In this document: piece after piece, positions 28,141 through 36,525 of the stretch | Position numbering within the stretch: the stretch's first letter is position 1 | Layout of the letters: every line of letters starts with the position of its first letter | NCBI GenBank assembly: GCA_044440125.1 | Contig: JBITAJ010000028.1 | Location: 224,001 to 288,000 of the forward strand | DNA: 64,000 bases | From: Sedimentisphaeraceae bacterium JB056 | GTDB taxonomy: Bacteria > Planctomycetota > Phycisphaerae > Sedimentisphaerales > Sedimentisphaeraceae | Direction of reading: 5' to 3' | The notes under the pieces: model-generated | The model's database searches: none | What the model saw: only the letters and a program-made list of their open reading frames with translations | Told to the model about the DNA's origin: nothing | Position numbers and translations under genes: made by a program

Positions 28141-29103
28141 TTAGCGACTTTGTAATGGATGCCAGTTATGTGTTTTTTTCCAAAGTATGGGAAGACAATT
28201 ATCAGGCATTGCACTTTGGAAAAAATATGTCAATCCCAATGAGCCATAGCCTCTACGATTATCTTTATTTGAAGCTAGATTATTTTTTTTTAATAAATCA
28301 TAATAAAACTTTTTTGCTACCGCAACAGAGTTGCCTCCAAATTTTCCTGAATTTACAGCGTCTTCAGAGAAAAAATCATGCGATTCTTCAAGTATATCAG
28401 CCGCAATAATGTGTATTTGAGAATATTCTTCTTTAATCGCCTTAATACCTTCTGAATGCGCAACTAATGGTGCATAAACAACATAATCATTTCTTATTAT
28501 AGAACTCAATTTATGCTCTTCTTTACAATTTACTCTATTATATTCCGGTTCCATGATAAAATCTGTGCCAAATTGTACCCCAGTACCCATGAAATCATCT
28601 ATAAAGATAAAGCAATTTACACCTTGGTCTTTCGCTAGATTAATATGACCGGGTTCTATAATCCAATTCTCAGATATTAATAAATCTTTTTTATACATTC
28701 TAGCTATAGGGGCCCCACTTTTTGTTGGCGACCCTGGGATTAGAACAGGTACAACCCTGATTTTGGGATCTACATCAGGATTCATCAAAGCCTCATACCA
28801 ATTTTTATTAGAATTGTCTTGGGGAGGATGAATTCTTGTCAAATCTACAAGATTTCTCTCCAGTATTTGTAACATCATTGACTTCATTTGCTTATCAGAA
28901 CGATATATCAATGAATCTAAGACGCAAGCAGAAAAATATTTTTCCTCTTTTGTCTTAAAATTATTAAGCCAAATCTCTAAATCGACAATCTCAAGCCCAT
29001 CCCAGATGCCAGTATTAATAAGAGCTTTGCTTCTTCCTACAATATTATCGACATATATATCGCTATCATTAGGGAGTATAAAATCTATTTTTTCATTTTC
29101 CAC
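28141..29103 (-). CDS. type I phosphoribosyltransferase-fold protein (conflict-associated PRTase-CE-like)
   Basis: PRPP-binding loop FIFIDDFMGTGVQF, PTKSG, C-terminal GYG...FFQSAMPDNCLPILW. Confidence 0.8.
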   Translation of the reverse strand: MENEKIDFILPNDSDIYVDNIVGRSKALINTGIWDGLEIVDLEIWLNNFKTKEEKYFSACVLDSLIYRSDKQMKSMMLQILERNLVDLTRIHPPQDNSNKNWYEALMNPDVDPKIRVVPVLIPGSPTKSGAPIARMYKKDLLISENWIIEPGHINLAKDQGVNCFIFIDDFMGTGVQFGTDFIMEPEYNRVNCKEEHKLSSIIRNDYVVYAPLVAHSEGIKAIKEEYSQIHIIAADILEESHDFFSEDAVNSGKFGGNSVAVAKKFYYDLLKKNNLASNKDNRRGYGSLGLTYFFQSAMPDNCLPILWKKTHNWHPLQSR

Positions 29104-29521
29104 TGGTCAATATTACCTATATTTCTTAATTCACTAATAATATCAGAATTATACGTCAACCTTCAATACTTTTCAAACCTATTAATGAACATTCAGTACA
29201 ATATTCAGACAGTTAAAATCTCAACCGAATTTTCACCTAAATGCTAATCATTAATTTATAACTAATTCTACTTCTGAAATTTTAATTTACAATAAATTTC
29301 TTTATATTTCAAATTAAGCCACAATTCTCACCTATACATAAATACATCTAAATCCTATCAAAAAAGCTTCATTAACTTAATGTCCTTTATGGTAAAACAA
29401 TGATTTTGTGAATTTCGTGTGATTCGTGGTTAAAAACCTTGTTTCTCACCTATAAACCCATAAAACAGCAAAATAATATCATAAAAGAACCCATTTTTTC
29501 CGGTCACGTGAGACTTTTTCC

Positions 29522-29621
29522 TTTTTTACCCTGAAATTGATCAAAAATCGTTGAAAAGTGAGCAAAAAGCGCGCGTTTGGTCGCATTTGAGACCAGTTTT
29601 GGTCAAATTCAGGGCAAAAAA
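29522..29621. repeat. long imperfect inverted repeat (25-bp arms, 50-nt spacer)
   Basis: ttttttaccctgaaattgatcaaaa versus ttttggtcaaattcagggcaaaaaa, 22/25 complementary. Confidence 0.6.
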
Positions 29622-29729
29622 AAGTTATACTATCTTGCTATTGGAGACAAACCAAGTGTCCAAGTTGCTTGCATTTTCGCACAAAACCGCAACCATATTC
29701 CAGTAATTACCAAAAAAATAAATAAAACT

Positions 29730-29832
29730 CATTTTCAATTTTCCATTGTCAATTATCAATTAATAAAACCTTTCTTTTCAACAACTTACTGCTAATTACT
29801 AATAGCTAATCGCTGATTGCTGATTGATGACC
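29730..29832. repeat. two blocks of degenerate heptamer tandem repeats
   Basis: cattttc-aattttc-cattgtc-aattatc-aattaat and gctaatt-actaata-gctaatc-gctgatt-gctgatt-gatgacc. Confidence 0.65.
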
Positions 29833-30004
29833 ATTGCCTATTAGTAAAGCACAAACGCGCAAGTAAATATTAGAGTGTATGGCATTGCTTTTTAGCAGAT
29901 ATATGATTGCTAACTCGGTTATAATTAAAATTTAGCTTGATTTTTTCTTCAAAATCACTATTTTACCGCCCTCTATTAAATTAATGTGAAGGTGAGTACA
30001 AAAG

Positions 30005-31090
30005 ATGACACAAGAATTGTTCAAAGAATTTACAATAAACGGAATTAATGTTAGAAACCGCTTTATCAGGTCTGCTACGTGGGAAAACATGGCAGACGAT
30101 GAGGGTTTTGCGACCGAGCAGCTTACAAAGCTGTTTGTCGATTTTGCCGAAGGCGGCGTAGGACTGATAATCACGGGATTCGCGAGAATCCTTGAAGACG
30201 ACCTTATTGCACCAAGAATGATCGGGCTTTATGACGATAAGTTTATAGACAGCTACAAAGAGCTTACAGACAAGGTGCACGCGGCAGGCGGCAAGATAGC
30301 CGCACAGCTTGCAACAGGCAGCTCTCAGTCTAAATACAGGGCAAGAAGACGCACGATACTCGGCCCATCAGAGGTGATGGACAAGATGTACAGGGTAACG
30401 CCTGTCGAAATGAGTGAAGAGGACATCAAAAAGAATATCCAGGCGTATATCGACGCGGCGGTACGGGCTAAGAAAAGCGGATTCGACGGCGTACAGCTTC
30501 ACTGCGCCCACGGCTATATGCTCAGCAAATTCCTCAACCCATACTACAACCGCAGGGAAGATGCTTACGGCGGCAACATAGAAAACCGTGCAAGGATGAC
30601 ATACGAAATAATCGAGGGCATCCAGCAGGCACTGCCAGGCTACCCAATAATGGTAAAGATCAACTGCGAAGACTTCAACGAACCCGACACGGGATTGACG
30701 CTTGAAGAGTCCATCGAAGTTTGCAAAAAGCTCGACCAGATGGGCGTTGCTCTTATCGAAGTGAGCGGCGGCACAGCCGGTTCACAGGAACACCTTAGGC
30801 CGATACGTCCTGTAAAGAAAGATACGCAGTCGTATTTTGCCGAAGAAGCAGGCCAAATCGCAAAGGCCGTAAACTGTGAAGTGGCACTTGTCGGCGGCAA
30901 CAGAGATATTAGCCGTATGTCTGAGATAAGCAATGAAAGCGGCATAAAGTTCTTCTCACTCAGCAGGCCGCTGGTCTGCCAGAGCGATCTTATCAATATA
31001 TGGCAGAAAGATGCCGCTGAAAAGCCTAAGTGCGTTTCGTGCGGCAAGTGCTGGCACCCAAGCGGCACAAAATGCCTGCTGTTCAGATAA
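30005..31090 (+). CDS. NADH:flavin oxidoreductase (Old Yellow Enzyme family)
   Basis: RNRFIRSAT, GGVGLIITG, GFDGVQLHCAHGYMLSKFLNPYYNRREDAYGG, C-terminal CxxCxxC. Confidence 0.92.
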   Translation: MTQELFKEFTINGINVRNRFIRSATWENMADDEGFATEQLTKLFVDFAEGGVGLIITGFARILEDDLIAPRMIGLYDDKFIDSYKELTDKVHAAGGKIAAQLATGSSQSKYRARRRTILGPSEVMDKMYRVTPVEMSEEDIKKNIQAYIDAAVRAKKSGFDGVQLHCAHGYMLSKFLNPYYNRREDAYGGNIENRARMTYEIIEGIQQALPGYPIMVKINCEDFNEPDTGLTLEESIEVCKKLDQMGVALIEVSGGTAGSQEHLRPIRPVKKDTQSYFAEEAGQIAKAVNCEVALVGGNRDISRMSEISNESGIKFFSLSRPLVCQSDLINIWQKDAAEKPKCVSCGKCWHPSGTKCLLFR

Positions 31091-31107
31091 AGTAAGGGAT
31101 TGGGGAA

Positions 31108-31164
31108 TTGCCCGCTCCCTCACAGTCGCGGTACTGATGTGGGATGGTGGGGGTTGCCCGCTCC
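31108..31164 (+). repeat. REP-like repeat, one full and one partial unit
   Basis: ttgcccgctccctcacagtcgcggtactgatgtgggat followed by ttgcccgctcc. Confidence 0.75.
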
Positions 31165-31236
31165 TTTCCAGTAGCCCTGCTGATATTTGAGATTTTTGTT
31201 GACGCAAATTCTGCCTGATGTATCATAATCATTGTC

Positions 31237-33315
31237 ATGGTTCAACAGCAGCAAAACACAGAAGATAAATTGCAGTATCTAAAGGGAGTCGGGCCGGAAA
31301 AGGCCAAAGTTCTCAGATCAATGGGAATAACGACGCCTCAGGATCTGCTCGAATATTTCCCCCGCAGATGGGAATTCCTGCCCGATTGCAGTGCGATATC
31401 AGCCGTAGAGGCCGGTCAGGAAGCTACCGTTGTGGGAATCATAGAGAGCATCGATTTCCGCAACATGCGAGGCAGGAGCTTATTCGAGGTTTATCTTGCA
31501 GATCACAGCGGCTCGATCAGGGTATTATGGTTCAACGGCGGCTATCTCAAACGTCAGCTCAATATCGGGATGACGATAGCCGTAACCGGTAAGATAAACG
31601 AGTATAAATACCAACTGCAGATAACGAACCCTAAGTTCAAGATTGTGGGAGCAGGTGGCGAACTTGATGTCAACAGACTCGGCGGGCCGGTCTATCCGGC
31701 AAATTCCGATATCAGCAGCAACCAGATAAAATTCATACTCCGCAACAATCTTGATGCGCTCTGCGATGGTCTTTGCGAGCTGTTTGATAATGAGTTCCAG
31801 AAAAAAGCGATATTGCTCGACCGCAAAGCCGCTTTCAGGCTGATACATGACCCGCAAGATGAACAGGATATAAAGAAGGCAACTCGCACGCTGAAGTATG
31901 AGGAGCTGTTCATAATGCAGCTTGGGCTTGCGATACGGCGATATCTTTCACGAACCGGCCAGAAAGCCAGGGCAATGAAATTTTCAGCCGCCCTCGACAG
32001 CCGCATCCGCAAACGCTTCCCGTTCATGCTTACCGCAGATCAGGATGAAGTTGTCGCTGAAATCATAGCCGACATGCGATCGGAACAACCGATGAACCGT
32101 CTTCTTCAGGGAGACGTCGGCTCTGGTAAGACTGCTGTTGCCGTGTATGCCGCACTTGTGGCTATAGCAAACAAAACGCAAGTAACGATAATGGCCCCGA
32201 CTGAGATTCTTGCCGAACAGCATTATATCAATATCTGCCGTTACCTGAAGGGCAGCAAGGTCAAGATTGCCATGCTTACCGGCTCAATGCCCGCTAAAAA
32301 ACGCAAAGAGCTGCTGATCAGTGTTGAACAGGGATATGTCGACATAGTGGTCGGAACGGTAGCATTAATAGAGCATGATGTGAAGTTCAAAGAGCTTGGG
32401 CTTGTGGTTATCGATGAGCAGCACAAGTTCGGCGTCGATCAGCGTGCAAAACTCCGCAAAGAGACAACGCCGCATTGCCTCGTGATGACGGCAACACCGA
32501 TTCCGAGAACATTGGCGATGACTGTATTCGGCGATCTGGAAGTATCGATAATCAAGAACAAACCGGCCGGACGAGGCACCATTACAACAAAATGGATAAA
32601 GCCCGATGACAGACAGAAAGCGTTCGAGTTCATACGCTCTCTGCTCAAGGCCGGTAAGCAAGCATACTTCGTATATCCGCGTATCGAGTCAACCGAAGCA
32701 GAGAACAGCCTCAAAGCCGCAATAGATGAATTTCATCTGCTCAACGAAGTGATATACCCTGAGTTTGAGGTTGCATTGCTGCACGGCAGAATGAAAGCCG
32801 ATGAGAAACAGGATGTGATGGAGAGATTCCGGCACGGCAAAATACAGATACTCGTTTCAACAGTGGTTATCGAGGTGGGTGTGGATGTACCCAACGCAAC
32901 TGTGATGGTGATAGAGGATGCCAACAACTTCGGCCTCGCCCAGCTTCACCAGCTTCGCGGCAGAATAGGCCGAGGCAGCAGCAATTCATATTGCATGCTG
33001 TTTTCCGACTCCGACAATGAGATAGCAGCCCTGCGGCTTGATGTGATGTGCAAGAGCAACGACGGCTTCTTCATCGCCGAGCAGGATTTGGCCATAAGAG
33101 GCCCGGGCGAGATGTTCAGCACACGTCAGCACGGCCTGCCGGATATGAAGATCGCAAACATAGTCGAAGATTTCGATCTGCTCAATATGGCTCGTCGCGA
33201 TGCGTTCAAACTTGTCAAGGAAGATCCGCTTCTGCAAAAGCCTAAGCATTACAATCTGAGACAAACTGTAATATCAAAGCTCGGCGGTAAGCTGGGGCTG
33301 ACCGATATTGCTTGA
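31237..33315 (+). CDS. recG: ATP-dependent DNA helicase RecG
   Basis: LKGVGP, wedge OB domain, RLLQGDVGSGKT, MAPTEILAEQH, IDEQHKFG, MTATPIPRTL, QLHQLRGRIGRG, DLAIRGPG. Confidence 0.97.
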   Translation: MVQQQQNTEDKLQYLKGVGPEKAKVLRSMGITTPQDLLEYFPRRWEFLPDCSAISAVEAGQEATVVGIIESIDFRNMRGRSLFEVYLADHSGSIRVLWFNGGYLKRQLNIGMTIAVTGKINEYKYQLQITNPKFKIVGAGGELDVNRLGGPVYPANSDISSNQIKFILRNNLDALCDGLCELFDNEFQKKAILLDRKAAFRLIHDPQDEQDIKKATRTLKYEELFIMQLGLAIRRYLSRTGQKARAMKFSAALDSRIRKRFPFMLTADQDEVVAEIIADMRSEQPMNRLLQGDVGSGKTAVAVYAALVAIANKTQVTIMAPTEILAEQHYINICRYLKGSKVKIAMLTGSMPAKKRKELLISVEQGYVDIVVGTVALIEHDVKFKELGLVVIDEQHKFGVDQRAKLRKETTPHCLVMTATPIPRTLAMTVFGDLEVSIIKNKPAGRGTITTKWIKPDDRQKAFEFIRSLLKAGKQAYFVYPRIESTEAENSLKAAIDEFHLLNEVIYPEFEVALLHGRMKADEKQDVMERFRHGKIQILVSTVVIEVGVDVPNATVMVIEDANNFGLAQLHQLRGRIGRGSSNSYCMLFSDSDNEIAALRLDVMCKSNDGFFIAEQDLAIRGPGEMFSTRQHGLPDMKIANIVEDFDLLNMARRDAFKLVKEDPLLQKPKHYNLRQTVISKLGGKLGLTDIA

Positions 33316-33321
33316 TTGAGC

Positions 33322-33388
33322 TGCCCGCTCCCTACAGGCCTGAGGTACTGATGTGGGATTTGCCCGCTTCCTCACGGGTGCGGTACTG
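33322..33388 (+). repeat. REP-like repeat, two tandem units
   Basis: tgcccgctccctacaggcctgaggtactgatgtgggat + ttgcccgcttcctcacgggtgcggtactg, same family as 31108. Confidence 0.75.
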
Positions 33389-35062
33389 TTATTGTCGCAT
33401 AGCTAAGAGTTTTTTCTTGAGGTCAGTTTTTATGTCTGTGTATTTTCCATCATATGCAAGGTTGTGCCATTCGTTTGCATCGGTGCTGTGATCATATAGT
33501 TCTTCACTGCCATCATTACATAGAATATATCGCCATCTTCTTGTACGCAGGGAATAGTGCTGGCGGTCGGGCTTGCCCGGCTCATAAAACCCGAGCTCAT
33601 CATCACTGGCGACAACACTCAAAGCACCTTCAGGCCCGGTCCAATCATCGGTCTGCGGGTCATTGAGAAACTCGCGCAGGCTGTAACCATCGTTTTCTTT
33701 ATTCTGCGGCAAGCCGCATAGGTCCGTCATTGTCGGGTACAGGTCTATCAATGAAACCGGATGTTTGCAGACCTGCGAACCCTTGAAGTTCGGAGCCGCG
33801 ATAACCAGCGGCACCTTTGTAGCCTCTTCCCATAGCGTATTCTTGAAGATATGGTCTTTCTCGCCGATATGATAGCCGTTGTCGGAGCAGAATACTATCA
33901 CAGTATTATCAAGCAGCCCGCCGGCCTCAAGTCCATCAATAACCTTACCGATCTGCTCATCCACAAATGCCACGCATGCAAGATACGCATGCAACCACTG
34001 CTTCCACACCTTTACACCACCGGCCTGCTGAACGGCATCAAATACATCCCTGCCCCAATCGTCAGGACTTGTCTTCTCGGCCAGTACCTTCGCGCAGTCC
34101 TCAAGATCACCGGGAAGATAAGGAGGCAACTGAATATTATCCGCATCGAACATATCGAAATACTTCTTCGGTGCATAAAGCGGGCTGTGAGGCTTCCCAA
34201 ATCCAAGCGACATAAAAAACGGCTTGTCGCGGTCCTTTGCGAATTGCTCCACGGCCCAGTTCGCAACTCGTTCATCATGCATCAGGTCCCTATCGTCATC
34301 ACTCTCGTAATGGAAAGGAGAAACATCTTCAGGAAAAACAACCGGCTGATCAATGGACTCAAAATATTTTTTCAATTTTTCATCTGATTTTCTACCGGTA
34401 TAATTTCGCCAACCACCGGTGAACTTATTACCCTCATCATCAGTAAATACCGGCTTATTAGAAAGCGGCCCGAATCCGTCCCACATTCTCTCGTCAAGAG
34501 GGGAAGAAAGATTTGGGTTTGCCTGCGGCAACTCAGCCTTGCCGTCATAAGGCCACGGCCCGTAATCAAGGGCTATCGGATAGATAATCTCACCATCGGC
34601 ATTTCGCCACAAGTCGCGATCGAGGGCATTTGGATGGCTTATTTTGCCCGTCGCCATTACGCGGTAACCGTTTTGAACAAAATACTGCGGCAGTTTTGTC
34701 GAAGCCTTGATTGCATCGTTAAGTCTCCAAGCTGCACGCCTGTTCTGGTTGTAGCCGAAATGACCGGAGCTATGCGGGTATAGTCCACTGAGAAGCGAAG
34801 CACGGCTGGGTCCGCAAAGAGGATCGTTGGAATGAGCATTTGTAAACCTCGTCCCCATTGCCATAAGCCTGTCGATATTAGGCGTCTTAGCCTGGGGATG
34901 GCCGCCCATCTTCTCTACGCTGTCGTTAAGATCATCACAGATTATGAAAAGCAAGTTTGGTTTTGATTCACTGAAACCTCTGGCAGTTCTATCAATCACA
35001 CAGCCACCAAACAATCCTAATCCGCAAACACCGGTAAACTTTAGAAAATCCCGCCTGTTCAT
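33389..35062 (-). CDS. Tat-exported Cys-type sulfatase (iduronate-2-sulfatase-like)
   Basis: MNRRDFLK Tat motif, ICDDL, CGPSRASLLSG, GKISH, KPHSP, SDNGYHIGEK. Confidence 0.92.
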   Translation of the reverse strand: MNRRDFLKFTGVCGLGLFGGCVIDRTARGFSESKPNLLFIICDDLNDSVEKMGGHPQAKTPNIDRLMAMGTRFTNAHSNDPLCGPSRASLLSGLYPHSSGHFGYNQNRRAAWRLNDAIKASTKLPQYFVQNGYRVMATGKISHPNALDRDLWRNADGEIIYPIALDYGPWPYDGKAELPQANPNLSSPLDERMWDGFGPLSNKPVFTDDEGNKFTGGWRNYTGRKSDEKLKKYFESIDQPVVFPEDVSPFHYESDDDRDLMHDERVANWAVEQFAKDRDKPFFMSLGFGKPHSPLYAPKKYFDMFDADNIQLPPYLPGDLEDCAKVLAEKTSPDDWGRDVFDAVQQAGGVKVWKQWLHAYLACVAFVDEQIGKVIDGLEAGGLLDNTVIVFCSDNGYHIGEKDHIFKNTLWEEATKVPLVIAAPNFKGSQVCKHPVSLIDLYPTMTDLCGLPQNKENDGYSLREFLNDPQTDDWTGPEGALSVVASDDELGFYEPGKPDRQHYSLRTRRWRYILCNDGSEELYDHSTDANEWHNLAYDGKYTDIKTDLKKKLLAMRQ

Positions 35063-36525
35063 TTCGATTCTTTCCAATCAAATTTCTTCTCGTATCTGCT
35101 CGCCACTGCTTCTACTCCCGCACAGTGCTTCTCTTTCAATTCCCGGATATTTTTTATAACATCAGGATGCTCTTTAGAAACATCATATTTTTCACTCGGG
35201 TCTTGCCCAAGATGATATAACAAAGGCTGCTGATGGCATGTCTTCTCCGGCCCCTGACGGAACGAACCTTCGGTAATAAAATGAGCTTTCCACATTCCGT
35301 ATCTTACCGCATAGATTTCATTATTCCGATAATAAAAAAAATCTTTCCGCAGACTCTCACCGGAACCTAAAATCGCTGAACTTAGATCATACGAATCCAC
35401 AGCATGTTCGCCGGGTACACCGGCTCCCGCAAGAACACCGAAAGTCTTATAGAAATCCAGCGTAGATCCAATATCACGAACAACACTGCCAGCCTGTATA
35501 TGCCCGGGCCACCAGAAGATGCAAGGCTCTCGCATTCCACCTTCAAAAGTCTGCCCCTTACCGCCCCGGAGAAGACCTGCCGAACCGCCCTTTTCAAACT
35601 TACTCAGCCAGGGACCGTTATCTGAAGTAAAGACAACAAGCGTATTCTTATCGAGATTCAGATCGCGTAAGGTCTGCAGAATAGTTCCGACAGAGGCATC
35701 AAGTTCTTCGACAACATCACCATAAAGCCCACGCCTGCTCTTTCCAAGAAACTCATCTGAAGCAAACAAAGGAACGTGAGGAAAACTGTGTGCCATATAA
35801 AGAAAAAACGGTTCATCGCGATTTTCTTTTATATAATCAACGCAACGCTCTGTATATCTTTTAGTGAGGGTAGTCTGATCACATGGATATTCCACTACAA
35901 CTTCATCTTCCATCAACGGAACCCAATCATTCTTTCGCTTTTGAGGGTCTCTCATCTGTTCCAGCGTCACGCCATTTCGAAGATTTATTTTTTCGGCAAC
36001 CTGCATATACGGATCAACCCGCATATCATTTGAGTATGGTATTCCAAAGTATTCGTCAAAGCCCTGATTTGTCGGCAAGAATTCAGGCTGATGCCCCAAG
36101 TGCCACTTACCAACACACGAAGTTTTATAACCTTGCCGTTTAAGCATTTCGGCAACAGTAATCTCTTTGGAAGAAAGCCCGTCGGCCGACCATTCAAAAA
36201 AGACATGGCCGTCTGTTCCGCTGCGTATGGGATATTTTCCAGTCATCAGACCAGCCCTACTGGGAGAACAAAGTGATGATGCGGCATAAAAGTTGGTCCA
36301 TCTCTGTCCCTCGTAAGCCATTCGATCAATATTCGGCGTTGAGATAGTCGGGTGGCCATAACTGCCAAGATCGCCATAACCCAAATCATCAGCAAAAAGC
36401 ACTATTATATTAGGCTTCTCTTTACTGCCTATATTTTCTGTCTGCCAAACGGCAGTTGAGCATCCCGGCAATACACAACTGATTCCTACAAAACCTGCCG
36501 CCTTAAAAAAATCCCGCCTGTTCAT
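35059..36525 (-). CDS. Tat-exported Cys-type sulfatase (arylsulfatase A-like)
   Basis: MNRRDFFK, ADDLGYGD, CSPSRAGLMTG, GKWHLG, PHVP, SDNGP. Confidence 0.93.
   Translation of the reverse strand: MNRRDFFKAAGFVGISCVLPGCSTAVWQTENIGSKEKPNIIVLFADDLGYGDLGSYGHPTISTPNIDRMAYEGQRWTNFYAASSLCSPSRAGLMTGKYPIRSGTDGHVFFEWSADGLSSKEITVAEMLKRQGYKTSCVGKWHLGHQPEFLPTNQGFDEYFGIPYSNDMRVDPYMQVAEKINLRNGVTLEQMRDPQKRKNDWVPLMEDEVVVEYPCDQTTLTKRYTERCVDYIKENRDEPFFLYMAHSFPHVPLFASDEFLGKSRRGLYGDVVEELDASVGTILQTLRDLNLDKNTLVVFTSDNGPWLSKFEKGGSAGLLRGGKGQTFEGGMREPCIFWWPGHIQAGSVVRDIGSTLDFYKTFGVLAGAGVPGEHAVDSYDLSSAILGSGESLRKDFFYYRNNEIYAVRYGMWKAHFITEGSFRQGPEKTCHQQPLLYHLGQDPSEKYDVSKEHPDVIKNIRELKEKHCAGVEAVASRYEKKFDWKESK

Noticed and set aside
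23925..29103. Island considered as a classical type I/IIG/III restriction-modification, BREX or CBASS locus
   Set aside because: No restriction nuclease or helicase, PglZ/BrxC, or nucleotidyltransferase motifs were recognised; the ATPase has no helicase motifs
31108..33388. Repeated ~38-nt units considered as a CRISPR array
   Set aside because: Only 1-2 degenerate units per site, no unique spacers of regular length, and no cas genes
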